From the sequence record DRR378314_2519: DNA of 33,202 nucleotides; one strand, 5' to 3'. Positions 19,281 through 29,624 of this stretch are shown here, one piece after another (the stretch's first letter is position 1; each line of letters starts with the position of its first letter). The translations under genes were made by a program, and so were the position numbers. Under the pieces are notes generated by a model, which was not told where the DNA came from, did not search any database, and worked only from the letters and a program-made list of their open reading frames with translations.

Positions 19281-20216
19281 ATGAACACCATCAAAGACAT
19301 TGATCTGAACCTGCTGGTTTACTTAGATGTGCTGCTGCGGGAGAAGAACGTAACCCGTGCCGCAGCTCAGCTTAATATTACCCAGCCGGCCATGAGTAAC
19401 GGTCTAAAGCGTCTACGCAACCTGCTGAATGACCCTATTTTAGTTCGCACCAGCGAAGGTATGGTACCAACTCAACGCGCGTTAGACATGCAGGAAGCCC
19501 TGCGCGGCGTATTATATTCGGTTGAGGAGATGATTCAGCCGGTGCGTGAGTTTGATGCGCCCACCAGTGACCAGGTCTTTCGTATTATGGCGTCCGACTA
19601 TGCCGCCTCGACACTCATGCCAAAGCTGCTGGAAAAACTCGATGAGCAAGCGCCTCACGTATCACTGGACATTATGACCCCCAGCGATATCAGTTTTCAC
19701 GACGTTGAGAACGGTAAAGTGGATCTGGCCATTAACCGCTTTGAACAGTTACCACAGTCGTTTCATCAAAAGAATTTATGGAGCGACGAGTTTTCCTGCC
19801 TAATCCGCAAAGATCATCCGTTGTTGCAAGACTACACCTTAGACAACTACTTAAAAGCTCAGCATGTGTGGGTGAGTAAAACCGGTTTTGGTGTGGGCGT
19901 AGGGATGGACCCGCACGACGTACAAAAACTCGGCTGGGTAGATGACGCTTTAGATAAACTGGGCAAACGCCGGAAAATTAAAGTGTTTACCCGTAATTAT
20001 CATGTGGCTATGTATCTGGCACGTCAGGGGCTGGTTGCTACCTTGCCAACACGAGCAGCGGAACTGTATTCACAAGACAGTCAGTTAGTTATGAAAGCTC
20101 CGCCGTTTGAAATACCGGGTTTAACTCTGGCCATGATTTGGTCACCGCTACTGCAGCACGATGCAGGCCACCGCTGGTTCCGACAAGTCGTCGCCGAAAC
20201 AGCGGCAGCTTCCTAG
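19281..20216 (+). CDS. LysR-family transcriptional regulator, divergent from aceK
   Basis: N-terminal HTH IDLNLLVYLDVLLREKNVTRAAAQLNITQPAMSNGLKRLR plus a substrate-binding domain. Start placed at ATG 19281 (~311 aa, typical LysR length). Confidence 0.95.
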   Translation: MNTIKDIDLNLLVYLDVLLREKNVTRAAAQLNITQPAMSNGLKRLRNLLNDPILVRTSEGMVPTQRALDMQEALRGVLYSVEEMIQPVREFDAPTSDQVFRIMASDYAASTLMPKLLEKLDEQAPHVSLDIMTPSDISFHDVENGKVDLAINRFEQLPQSFHQKNLWSDEFSCLIRKDHPLLQDYTLDNYLKAQHVWVSKTGFGVGVGMDPHDVQKLGWVDDALDKLGKRRKIKVFTRNYHVAMYLARQGLVATLPTRAAELYSQDSQLVMKAPPFEIPGLTLAMIWSPLLQHDAGHRWFRQVVAETAAAS

Positions 20217-20232
20217 CTTCCTTAATAAGGGC

Positions 20233-23200
20233 TTATTCTTCCCAGAAAAAGTCCTTACGTTTGAGTGGCTCCGGCAACAAGCGATCCATGGTGGTGGCGT
20301 CATAGAGTACGCCATTAACCATGGTGTGAGTCACTTTATCGGTATCACGGATGTTCTCCAGCGGGTTGCCATCAATAACGATAATATCCGCCAGTTTACC
20401 TTCTTCCAGAGAGCCTAACGCGTGGTCCATACCGAAAACCCGCGCCGGATCAATGGTCGCCGTACGTAAGGCTTCCAAAGGTTCCATGCCGCCCTGAGCC
20501 ATCATCCAGATTTCCCAGTGCTGCGCTAAACCTTCACGCTGACCATGGGCACCGGCAAGTACTTCAACCCCCAGGTCCTGCAACTCAGTAGCCACTTCCG
20601 CATTATTAAAGTGGTTGTAGTGGTTATGAGGTGCTTTTTCACGACGCATTGCCTTACCCACTAAAAATTCCATGGGTACATACTGAGTTAGCTTGGGATG
20701 CTTCCACACATCGGTTTCCGCATACCAATAGTTCTCACCCCAAATACCACCATAAGCCACACCCAGGGTTGGAGTGTAAGCTACGTCACTTTGCTGCCAT
20801 AACTGACGAATATCATCATAGATATTGGCAACTGGTAGCGAGTGTTCAACCGTGGTGTGCCCGTCCATGATCATGGTTAAGTTGTGCTGCAACAAAGAGC
20901 CTCCTTCCGGCACCACCATCATTTCCAGCTCTCGCCCGGCTTCAACCACTTGTTGACGCTGGTTACGGCGTGGCTGGTTGTAACTCTTGACAGAAAACGC
21001 GCCCACTTTCTTCAGGCGCTCTAAATGAAACTTCGCGTCTTCCAGGCTATCCACATGCGAAGTGTAACCCGGGCCATTAGCACCGTATAAAATGGTGCCG
21101 GTTGAAAACAGTCTTGGCGCGGCAATTCTTCCCGCTTTCTGCAGCTCTGAAGCCGCAAAGAATTCGGTTGTGTCGTTAGACGGATCGTGAATTGAGGTCA
21201 CACCAAATGCCAGGTTCGCGTACTGTCCCCAGTTCTGCTGCGGGATAATTTCCGCCTGCCCCTGACTACCGTGCGCATGTGCATCAAACAGACCCGGCAT
21301 AACGGTTTTGCCACTGGTATCAATAACTTCAGCACCGGAAGGCACATTAACTTCAGCTTCAGGGCCAACCGCCACAATTTTATTATTGCGCACCACCACA
21401 GTACCCTGCTTGTAAACCGTGTCGCCGTTCATGGTAATGACCTGACCACCAACAAAAGCAACCGTCGTATCCGGTACCATAGCGTCATGTTGAAAACCAA
21501 TGTTCTGACCATTTTCTACTTTCAGGGTTTCACTTTCGGTTCCGGCATTAAAAGCTTCAGCCACCGACGTATGGTAAAGCTCCGGCCCCAATGTCCAGTA
21601 AAGCTGGTCACTGTTTGCCGTCCAGGATAAGTTTTCACCAGCGCGAACGGACAACTGATGCACCGGCATTTGTTTATCACCCGGACCAACATTAATAACA
21701 CTGCCACGCTCGACTAAAGGCGTCACAAATACTTTAAAACGTTCAGCAAAAGCCAGTTGCTTGCCGTCCGGAGACACGCGGAACTCAGTTGCTAGTTCCG
21801 ACTGATACAAGTCGCGCTGCTCCAGCGTGCGTAAATCAATAGCACTTAAGGTTGGTTTATCTCCCGGTGTCATCAAATAAACCCGGTCGTTACGTGCGCC
21901 ATATTGCGGTAAATGCCCACTTTCAGCAATTTGCTCCGGTTCTGCATTGGCAGACACCGCTACGCGATAAATACCGTTTTCCAGACCAAACTTATCGGAA
22001 ATTAAATAACCTCCACGCACCTTGCGGTAAACCACATGCTTGCAGTCCGGAGAGAATGTGGGTTCAACAAAGTTGCCCTGTCCGGTATTCAGCACTTGCT
22101 CATCACCAGAACTGATATCGCGAACAATAACCTTTGCCTGCGCTTCGTCATTCCAGCGAACGAATACGACTTTTTCGCCGTCACGTGAATACTGCGGATA
22201 GAGTTCAAAATCTTCGCTATTGGTTAAACGCTGCGGTTCACCATCTGGCAACGAACGTTGATACAAGCTGCCCAAAGCTTCGTAAATCACCGCATCACCC
22301 TGAGGAGATACTTGCGCCATACGCAACATTTTCACGTCAAACTGGTCAGCTTCAACGTTTTGTTTAAAGCGCAACGCATGCTGTACTTTCTTCTCGGTTT
22401 CAACATTAAATGGAATAATGCGCGCATTGCCGTCATCAATGTTCAGCTTCTGAATATGACCACCGGCCCAGAACACTAATTGCTTCGAATCTGGTGTCCA
22501 GTCCATAGTGGGGTAAACCCCATGAATGGCCCAGGTTTCCTGCATATCGCGTTCCATTTTCCCGTAAACCTGCTTGTGTTCACCGGTTTTCAGGTCCAGC
22601 ACGTACAGCACGCTGTCAAAGTCTTCACGCTTAATGTAAGCCAGGTAACGTCCGTCGGGTGACGGTGTTGGGCGGATCGCACCACCGGCACCGCTTATCA
22701 GCGTTTCAATCTCACCAGTTTCACGCTCAAAACGTTTTATGTCGTAAATACCTTCCAACGAATCTTTACTGTAGTGAAAGGTTTTGCCCGGCGTGTCATC
22801 CTGGGAAAAATAGATGTATTTGCCGTCCGGCGAAAACGCCGGCTCGCCTAAATCCTTCTGGTCATTGGGGCGTTCGGTCAGTTGCACGCCCGAGCCGCCG
22901 CTGCGGTGATACATCCACACTTCCCCCGCGCCTAATGAACGGCTGGCAGTGAAGTGTTTACGAGCAACCAAAAACTCGCTGTCCGGACTCCAGGCCGGGC
23001 TGTTCAGTAACCGGAAAGTTTCTTCGGTAACGGCGCGCACGTTGTTGCCATCGGCATCCATCACCCAGATGTTATCGCCACCGCCCTGATCAGAGGTAAA
23101 AGCAATGTAGCGGCCATTTGGTGAATAAACCGGCTGCATATGCCACGCAATACCGCCTATCAGTTTTTCAGCTTCACCGCCGCCAAACGGCATGCGGTAA

Positions 23201-23409
23201 ATGTCCCCCAGTAAATCAAACACAATGTATTCACCGTCCGGGCTGACATCCACATTCATCCAGGTGCCGGAGTTGACCGATATATCAATGCTTTTAAATT
23301 CGCCTTGGGGGTCGCTCACATCCCAGCCCTGGGTTTGCTCCTGTGCCATGCTCACCGGCGCAAAGCTTAAAAGCGATGCAACCGCTAAGGTTAATGTTGT
23401 TCTTTTCAT
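20233..23409 (-). CDS. Exported amidohydrolase with N-terminal TolB-like (PD40) beta-propeller repeats
   Basis: Signal peptide; many SP(D/N)G repeats; C-terminal GKTVMPGLFDAHAH and GSLEEGKLADIIVIDGNPLENI. Confidence 0.92.
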   Translation of the reverse strand: MKRTTLTLAVASLLSFAPVSMAQEQTQGWDVSDPQGEFKSIDISVNSGTWMNVDVSPDGEYIVFDLLGDIYRMPFGGGEAEKLIGGIAWHMQPVYSPNGRYIAFTSDQGGGDNIWVMDADGNNVRAVTEETFRLLNSPAWSPDSEFLVARKHFTASRSLGAGEVWMYHRSGGSGVQLTERPNDQKDLGEPAFSPDGKYIYFSQDDTPGKTFHYSKDSLEGIYDIKRFERETGEIETLISGAGGAIRPTPSPDGRYLAYIKREDFDSVLYVLDLKTGEHKQVYGKMERDMQETWAIHGVYPTMDWTPDSKQLVFWAGGHIQKLNIDDGNARIIPFNVETEKKVQHALRFKQNVEADQFDVKMLRMAQVSPQGDAVIYEALGSLYQRSLPDGEPQRLTNSEDFELYPQYSRDGEKVVFVRWNDEAQAKVIVRDISSGDEQVLNTGQGNFVEPTFSPDCKHVVYRKVRGGYLISDKFGLENGIYRVAVSANAEPEQIAESGHLPQYGARNDRVYLMTPGDKPTLSAIDLRTLEQRDLYQSELATEFRVSPDGKQLAFAERFKVFVTPLVERGSVINVGPGDKQMPVHQLSVRAGENLSWTANSDQLYWTLGPELYHTSVAEAFNAGTESETLKVENGQNIGFQHDAMVPDTTVAFVGGQVITMNGDTVYKQGTVVVRNNKIVAVGPEAEVNVPSGAEVIDTSGKTVMPGLFDAHAHGSQGQAEIIPQQNWGQYANLAFGVTSIHDPSNDTTEFFAASELQKAGRIAAPRLFSTGTILYGANGPGYTSHVDSLEDAKFHLERLKKVGAFSVKSYNQPRRNQRQQVVEAGRELEMMVVPEGGSLLQHNLTMIMDGHTTVEHSLPVANIYDDIRQLWQQSDVAYTPTLGVAYGGIWGENYWYAETDVWKHPKLTQYVPMEFLVGKAMRREKAPHNHYNHFNNAEVATELQDLGVEVLAGAHGQREGLAQHWEIWMMAQGGMEPLEALRTATIDPARVFGMDHALGSLEEGKLADIIVIDGNPLENIRDTDKVTHTMVNGVLYDATTMDRLLPEPLKRKDFFWEE

Positions 23410-23559
23410 GGTATAGCCTCATTAAAAATGTCTTACCTTTGTAAGGAGTTAAGATCCAAATGTCCAGTAGCTAACGTTAAATGGTGAGGAAAGGTCGATT
23501 AATGGACTTTAGAGGTCAGTAAGTTATAGTGAGAAAATATTCAGGTAACCGGATTGAAT

Positions 23560-24927
23560 ATGAACGATGCCTTAGAAAACATCCTCCTCGACGTATCTAA
23601 ATCGCCAGATATTGACGGTGGCGACTTAGAGAAAGCGTCCGAGCTTATATTAGCCTCTGCTCTGAAGGGGTTGGATATTACCAGGGTTAGTATCTGGTTA
23701 CTGCAATCGGACAAACAAGCCATGAGAGCGGCTAAACTCATTGACGAGAAATCGCCAAACGCTGAAGTCCCGGTACTTTACAAAAACCAGTTACCTTCTT
23801 ACTTTCAGGCGTTAGAATCCGAACGCACCATTATTGCCAACGATGCCCGCTGTCATCCTGCAACTATAGAGCTAACTAACGGCTATCTTGAGGAAACCGG
23901 CGTTTACGGCTTACTTGACGTTCCCTTACGCCATAAAGGCGAGATGATAGGCGTTATGTGCAGCGAAAGTCGAAGGGAAAACCGCACCTGGACACCGGCT
24001 GAAGTTGCTTTTGTCGGTATGCTGGCGGACATTTACGGTCGTGCTGTTAGTGCCGCTGAACGAGAACGGTTTGAGGCCCTGCTCATTCAACAAAATGAGC
24101 AATTGGAAAGCATGGTAGAGGAACGTACTCAATCTCTGACCAAGGCACTGGATAACTTTAAGCAAGCTCAGGAAAGGTTAATTGAAACAGAAAAAATGGC
24201 AGCGCTGGGCAAATTAGTTGCCGGTGTTGCTCACGAGGTGAATACCCCGCTGGGCGTTTCAGTAACCGCCGTAACTCATTGCGAACATCGCCTGAAAAAA
24301 CTGAATCAGAGTTTTAGTGATGGTTCCATTTCACGAAAACATCTGCAGACCTTTATCGACAATACGTTTGAAGCTTACCAGCTACTAAGCAGCAACCTTG
24401 AACGCGCCGCAACACTGATTCAGAACTTTAAGAAAACGGCGGTCGATCAGTCCAGTTTTGAGCTGGTGAAATGCCAGCTCAACGACTATTTACACGCATT
24501 AGTCTTAAGCCTCAACCCTATGGTGAAAAAGAAAAAAGTCACCATTACTATTCACTGCAATGAAGATATTGTCTTGAAAACCTACCAGGGCGCACTAGCA
24601 CAAATTGTGACTAATCTGGTCAGTAACACCAACGACCACGCCTTTGCCGAACCCGACGAAAATCATCAAATTGAAATTATAGCCACAGAAGAAGATAGCG
24701 GTGTACGTTTTTCTTTTCGTGACAACGGCAAAGGTATGGACAGCGAAACCATAAAAGATATTTTTGAACCCTTTTTCACCACGTCTCGCCAGACTGGCGG
24801 CTCCGGACTGGGCTTATCCATTGTTTATAATTTAGTAACACGGAAACTCAAAGGTCAAATATCTGTCCAATCAACGCCTGGCGAAGGCACTGAATTTTCT
24901 TTTTTCTTACCTAATTTACCTAAATAG
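23560..24927 (+). CDS. Cytoplasmic GAF-domain sensor histidine kinase
   Basis: GAF motif (LLDVPLRHKGEMIGVMCSE), coiled coil, H-box VAGVAHEVNTPLG, N-box NLVSN, DNGKGM, FEPFFTT and GSGLGLSI. No TM helix. ATG 23560 is preferred over TTG 23554. Confidence 0.93.
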   Translation: MNDALENILLDVSKSPDIDGGDLEKASELILASALKGLDITRVSIWLLQSDKQAMRAAKLIDEKSPNAEVPVLYKNQLPSYFQALESERTIIANDARCHPATIELTNGYLEETGVYGLLDVPLRHKGEMIGVMCSESRRENRTWTPAEVAFVGMLADIYGRAVSAAERERFEALLIQQNEQLESMVEERTQSLTKALDNFKQAQERLIETEKMAALGKLVAGVAHEVNTPLGVSVTAVTHCEHRLKKLNQSFSDGSISRKHLQTFIDNTFEAYQLLSSNLERAATLIQNFKKTAVDQSSFELVKCQLNDYLHALVLSLNPMVKKKKVTITIHCNEDIVLKTYQGALAQIVTNLVSNTNDHAFAEPDENHQIEIIATEEDSGVRFSFRDNGKGMDSETIKDIFEPFFTTSRQTGGSGLGLSIVYNLVTRKLKGQISVQSTPGEGTEFSFFLPNLPK

Positions 24928-24935
24928 GATGTTGT

Positions 24936-25391
24936 ATGCTTAAAGCTCTGCAAAACTTTTTTCAAAACAATACTGCCGCTGAACAGGCCAGCCTGAATAA
25001 GGCAGAAGGTATGACAGACGATGCATTCCTTTCACTGGTATTAATGACTGAAATAAGTCTTGCCGACGGTACGTTGTCGGACGAGGAACGCCAGCACCTC
25101 TTACATGAGCTTGAGCACGAATATGACATTACGGATGAGCAAGCAGAAAACGCTATTAGAAAAGCCGTAAAAACAGTAAAAGAAGCCGCTTCGCTGTACG
25201 AGTTTACCGCTCAGCTAAAAGCTCTCGCGTACGAAAAGCGCGTTGAGCTATTGGAAAGTTTATGGGTAGTTGCCTACGCTGATGGCGAGCTTGACCCTTA
25301 TGAGGAAAGCATGTTGCGCAAGCTGGCAGACTTACTCTACATTAGTCACGCTGACTATATTCGAACCAAATTAAAAGTCATGGATTCCTAA
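24936..25391 (+). CDS. TerB-family (tellurite resistance B-like) protein
   Basis: Paired motifs SLADGTLSDEE and VAYADGELDPYEE; 8 nt downstream of the kinase, with SD AGGA. Confidence 0.88.
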   Translation: MLKALQNFFQNNTAAEQASLNKAEGMTDDAFLSLVLMTEISLADGTLSDEERQHLLHELEHEYDITDEQAENAIRKAVKTVKEAASLYEFTAQLKALAYEKRVELLESLWVVAYADGELDPYEESMLRKLADLLYISHADYIRTKLKVMDS

Positions 25392-25424
25392 GGTCGACGA
25401 TTAAAAGCTCGGTCAGCGGCCATT

Positions 25425-28400
25425 TTAATGGCCGCTTTCTCTCGCCGCTTCCATTTCACTCTCCAGACGAGCGGCTTCATCGGCACGCGGCTTAGTGAAA
25501 CGCGCTAACCACAAATAGAGTACTGGGGTCAGGTAAAGCGTAAACAGAGTTGCCAGCCCTAAACCACCAAATACAACCCAACCAATTGAGTTACGTGCTT
25601 CAGCGCCCGCACCAGAAGACAGAATAAGCGGTAAGCCACCCAAAACCGTGGATACCAGTGTCATCATAATAGGCCGTAAACGTATCAATGACGCCTCTTC
25701 TATCGCCTCCCTAACCGCTAATCCACGGTCCCGCAACTGGTCAGCAAACTCTACCAACAATACAGAGTTTTTCGCCAGCAGACCTATCAGCATCACCAAT
25801 CCAATTTGAGAATAAATGTTCAGTGAAGTGCCGGTCAGGAATAAGGCGTAAATAGCTGCGGCAATGCCGAAAGGCACGGTCAGCATAACGACCACGGCAC
25901 TGTTTAATGACTCAAACTGAGCGGCGAGGACCAGCAGAACAATCAGGAACGCCAGAATATAAGTCATAGCAATTTCCTGCGAGGTGTCTTCAAATGTTGC
26001 GGCTTCCCCTAAAAAGACCAACCCCATACTATCAGGCAAAACTTCTCCGGCTATAGTACGCAACTGGTCAACAACGTCTGACATAGGCATGTCATCAGGC
26101 AATTGTACATCTACTTCTATCGCTCGCCGCTGTGCTTGACGCTCAAGCTCTGCTGACACGCCTTCTTCAATAATTTCGGAAACACTGGAAATAGGAACCA
26201 GATCACCGCTGCTGGACGATACATAAAGGTTCTGCATGTCCTGCGGCGACTGAATTAAATTATTACGGGTGCGCAGCATAACCGGAATTTGCTGGTCTCC
26301 CACGTTTAAGTCGGCTACGTCATCGCCGTTAATGGCAGCACGTAAAGTTGCGGATATATCATTTAATGATACCCCCAGCTCCGCGGCTCGACGACGGTCA
26401 ATTTTGACCCTCAACTGCGGCTGCGTCGGTTGATAGGAGACATTAATGTTACCCAAATCAGGCATACGTTCTTTAATAATGGCGGTAAATTCACGAGCAA
26501 CCTTAAAGATCTCGTCATAATTTTCGCCGGTAATAGCCATTTCCAGGCCGCCCCCCTGACCTCGCAAGTTCAGGCTGTTGTCACCAAAGGCCTGTCCCGG
26601 TGCGCCTGGAACCTGACTCAACGGTTCCCGAATATTATTAATAATTTCCTGTTGACTAATATCTCGTTCTTCCCAGGGTTTGAGGTTTGCTGTAATAAAA
26701 ACCAGGTTCGGGTCCCACTGACCAACAACAGTATAAATCGACTCTATGTCACCGCTTTCTTTATACTCCAGCAGCACTTCTTCAAGCTTACGAGCCTGAC
26801 GATCCATAAATTTAAGGCCAACCCCGTCAGGCCCGCGCGAAAATACCCGAACCGCCCCACGGTCTTCATTGGGCATAAGCTCGCTGTCAATTTCATTGTA
26901 AAGCAGCGCGCCGCCGCCAGCAGATAACAAAGACAGAACCACCACAACCCAGCTAAAATCGAGGGCTTTGTGCAACGTTCGTTTATAGAAGCGTTTAAAG
27001 GCGTTGCCGATTCCCGCAAATCGGTTATTCTGCCCGGCTGATTTCGGCAGACGAGCAGTAAAAGCCGGTACCAGAGACAAAGCAACAAAAGAAGAAATGA
27101 CCACTGCAGCCGCAAGCACACCGCCAAACTCGCGGAATAAACGCCCGGCTGTTGAAGGTAAAAACGCAATTGGTACAAACACTGCAACCAACACCGCCGT
27201 CGTTGCCACTACCGCAAAAAACACTTCGCGGGTGGCTAATACGGCAGCAGCACGGCTACCAAGCCCCATGCTACGGCGTCGTTGAATATTCTCGGTAACC
27301 ACAATGGCATCATCCACTATCAGGCCTGTTGCCAACACCAGAGCCAGCAAGGTCAGAATATTAATGGAAAAGCCCATCAACCAAATAGCAGCAATAGCAC
27401 CGAACAATGCAACAGGAATAGAGAATGCCGGAATAATAGTCGCACGGAATGAACCAATGAATACCCACAAGGTTGCGACAACCAAAACAATGGTAATGGC
27501 AAGGGTCGTCACCACTTCAGCTACTGACTTGCGAATAAACTGCGCATCGTCATTGGTAATACGCATTTCCATATCAGGAAAACGCTCACGCAGGCGTTCA
27601 AGTACCGCTAACGCCTGATCAGAAATCTCTATAGTATTGGAACCAGCCTGGCGTATAACACCAAGACCAACAACCGGTTTGCCGTCCAGGCGAACAAAGC
27701 TGTTTGCGTCTGCAGGCGCAAAATAAGCTTGTGCAACATCTCCAATACGGGTATCGCCACTGACTATAATATTCTCAACCTGATCTTCGGTAATCGCAGT
27801 GGCATCGGCCCGGACAATTAGCCGCTGATCGGTTGAACGCAAACTACCGGCAGGCACATCAAAAGGCGCTAAACGCAGCGCGTCAGCTACGTCCGTTACA
27901 GATAAGCCAAAGCTCACCAATTTAAGAGGGTCCAGGTCAACGCGTAATACTCGTTCCCGGTCACCATTTAACCGGACATCCGCTACTCCGTTAATTGCCA
28001 GAAATTCAGGCGACAAATCAGTTTCCAGTCGGCGAGTCAGCTCTTCCTGAGTCAAACTGTCGCTGCTAACGGCAATATCCAACACCGAACGCGCATCGCT
28101 GTCAGCTTTTTGCACGTTAATTTGTTCGACGTCATCGGGTAATTCCCGACGCACCTGATTAACCGCCTCACGAACCTCCGCGGCCACCACATCTAAGTCA
28201 ACTCCGGGACGGAATTCAATTGAAATACGCGCGCTATTTTCTTCACTCGAAGACTGGATAGATTCCACGCCAGAAACACGAGCCGCCGCACCTTCCAGAA
28301 TACTGGTTACTTCTGCGTCCACCGTTTCTGGTGCACCGCCTGGAAGTGTTGCGCTAACGCCGACAACAGGCCGGTCGACATCCGGTAACTCCCGTACTTC

Positions 28401-28532
28401 TACGCCCATTAGCGCGGCCAAACCGGCAATGGCGATAAGAACATTCAGGACAACAATCAGTACCGGGCGGCGAATCGATACCGAAGGTAAATCGTTAGAA
28501 TCCGGATGATTATTCAGTTGTTGATCTGACAT
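25425..28532 (-). CDS. RND efflux transporter permease (AcrB/AcrD/AcrF family)
   Basis: 1035 aa; SIRRPV start; proton-relay motifs GLIVDDAIVV, AKNSVLLVEFA and RLRPIMMT; TAATG coupling to the MFP. Confidence 0.96.
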   Translation of the reverse strand: MSDQQLNNHPDSNDLPSVSIRRPVLIVVLNVLIAIAGLAALMGVEVRELPDVDRPVVGVSATLPGGAPETVDAEVTSILEGAAARVSGVESIQSSSEENSARISIEFRPGVDLDVVAAEVREAVNQVRRELPDDVEQINVQKADSDARSVLDIAVSSDSLTQEELTRRLETDLSPEFLAINGVADVRLNGDRERVLRVDLDPLKLVSFGLSVTDVADALRLAPFDVPAGSLRSTDQRLIVRADATAITEDQVENIIVSGDTRIGDVAQAYFAPADANSFVRLDGKPVVGLGVIRQAGSNTIEISDQALAVLERLRERFPDMEMRITNDDAQFIRKSVAEVVTTLAITIVLVVATLWVFIGSFRATIIPAFSIPVALFGAIAAIWLMGFSINILTLLALVLATGLIVDDAIVVTENIQRRRSMGLGSRAAAVLATREVFFAVVATTAVLVAVFVPIAFLPSTAGRLFREFGGVLAAAVVISSFVALSLVPAFTARLPKSAGQNNRFAGIGNAFKRFYKRTLHKALDFSWVVVVLSLLSAGGGALLYNEIDSELMPNEDRGAVRVFSRGPDGVGLKFMDRQARKLEEVLLEYKESGDIESIYTVVGQWDPNLVFITANLKPWEERDISQQEIINNIREPLSQVPGAPGQAFGDNSLNLRGQGGGLEMAITGENYDEIFKVAREFTAIIKERMPDLGNINVSYQPTQPQLRVKIDRRRAAELGVSLNDISATLRAAINGDDVADLNVGDQQIPVMLRTRNNLIQSPQDMQNLYVSSSSGDLVPISSVSEIIEEGVSAELERQAQRRAIEVDVQLPDDMPMSDVVDQLRTIAGEVLPDSMGLVFLGEAATFEDTSQEIAMTYILAFLIVLLVLAAQFESLNSAVVVMLTVPFGIAAAIYALFLTGTSLNIYSQIGLVMLIGLLAKNSVLLVEFADQLRDRGLAVREAIEEASLIRLRPIMMTLVSTVLGGLPLILSSGAGAEARNSIGWVVFGGLGLATLFTLYLTPVLYLWLARFTKPRADEAARLESEMEAARESGH

Positions 28533-29575
28533 TATTCAACGGCCTCTTGCGTATCGAGCGTTGCCCGATCAAAAGTCACAGGCTGACCCTCACGCAAACT
28601 TTGTACCCCTTCAACTATCAGTAAATCATCGCGTTGAATGTCTCCTGAAACTAAGACACGTCCTGCTAAGCGCTGCTCTATCTGGACATCAATACGGTGT
28701 GCTTTGCCGTCTTCAACAACCCAGACGAAAGGATTATTAACCCCCCAGGACAACGCCGCTTCGGGTATTGAAGCGAACTCTTCACCGGCAAGCTCTATAG
28801 CCGTTCTAAAGCTGGTTCCAGGCAAAAAGTCGTCGCTGTCGTTATTAATTTTAGCGCGCGCCCGGTACATGCGGCTGGTGGCATTAATTCGTGAATCGAG
28901 TTCAATAATTTCAGCAATTACCGGTTTCCCGGAATACCGCCAGGGTTGTACTTTTAATTCAGCACCGTCTTGCAGCAAAGAAACGGCCGCTTCAGGAATA
29001 CGAAAATCAATTAATAAAGTAGAGCGATCATCTAAGGTCGCAATCGCGGTTTGTTGATCAATTCGGTCACCAACTTCAACGTCAGTAATACCAATAATTC
29101 CGGTAAAAGGCGCACGGATAAAACGGTCTTCCAGTTCAATTTTGGCGTTTTCCAGTTCAACCCGGGCTAAATCTCTTAATAAAATAGCGTTGTCCAGCTC
29201 CGACTGAGGAACAGCTCCCTGCTCACGGCTCGAACGTAAACGCTCTACCGTACGTTCTGCATCGCGCAGGTTAATTTGTGCTTGTTCTACTGCAACTTTC
29301 TGACGGCGGGCATCCAGTTCAACTAGTAATTCGCCTTTCTCAACTTTGTCGCCAGGCGTAAAGTTTACCGCGACCACTCTGTCGCCAACGGCCGGGTAAA
29401 TGGTAATGGAGCGCACAGCTTCCGCGGTACCAACTGCTTCTACCCGGTTGCGTTCGCGCTCAAAGGTGACAGGCTGCGCAATCACCAGCGCTTCGCGTGA
29501 TCCAAATTGTTGCGCCTGACTATCTGTACCAAGCAGTGACAACAAAAGAACAAAGGGAGTAAGTAAAAACTTCAT
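28532..29575 (-). CDS. RND efflux periplasmic adaptor (membrane fusion protein)
   Basis: Signal-like MKFLLTPFVLLLSLLG, lipoyl halves GDKVEKGELLVELD and IRAPFTGIIG, C-terminal IVEGVQSLREG. Start placed at ATG 29575 because the longer ORF begins inside a terminator. Confidence 0.93.
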   Translation of the reverse strand: MKFLLTPFVLLLSLLGTDSQAQQFGSREALVIAQPVTFERERNRVEAVGTAEAVRSITIYPAVGDRVVAVNFTPGDKVEKGELLVELDARRQKVAVEQAQINLRDAERTVERLRSSREQGAVPQSELDNAILLRDLARVELENAKIELEDRFIRAPFTGIIGITDVEVGDRIDQQTAIATLDDRSTLLIDFRIPEAAVSLLQDGAELKVQPWRYSGKPVIAEIIELDSRINATSRMYRARAKINNDSDDFLPGTSFRTAIELAGEEFASIPEAALSWGVNNPFVWVVEDGKAHRIDVQIEQRLAGRVLVSGDIQRDDLLIVEGVQSLREGQPVTFDRATLDTQEAVE

Positions 29576-29594
29576 AACAGTCAAATGGAGCTCC

Positions 29595-29624
29595 AAAAAA
29601 ACTGCAGCCACGGAGGCTGCAGTT
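29595..29624 (-). terminator. Rho-independent terminator downstream of azurin
   Basis: Minus strand AACTGCAGCC-tccgt-GGCTGCAGTT running into a T7 tract. Confidence 0.85.

Noticed and set aside
26430-27618. Long alternative ORFs overlapping the RND gene, and the many other 60-165 aa nested ORFs in the track
   Set aside because: They lie antisense to or out of frame within well-supported genes and show no recognisable motifs; they are expected shadow ORFs.
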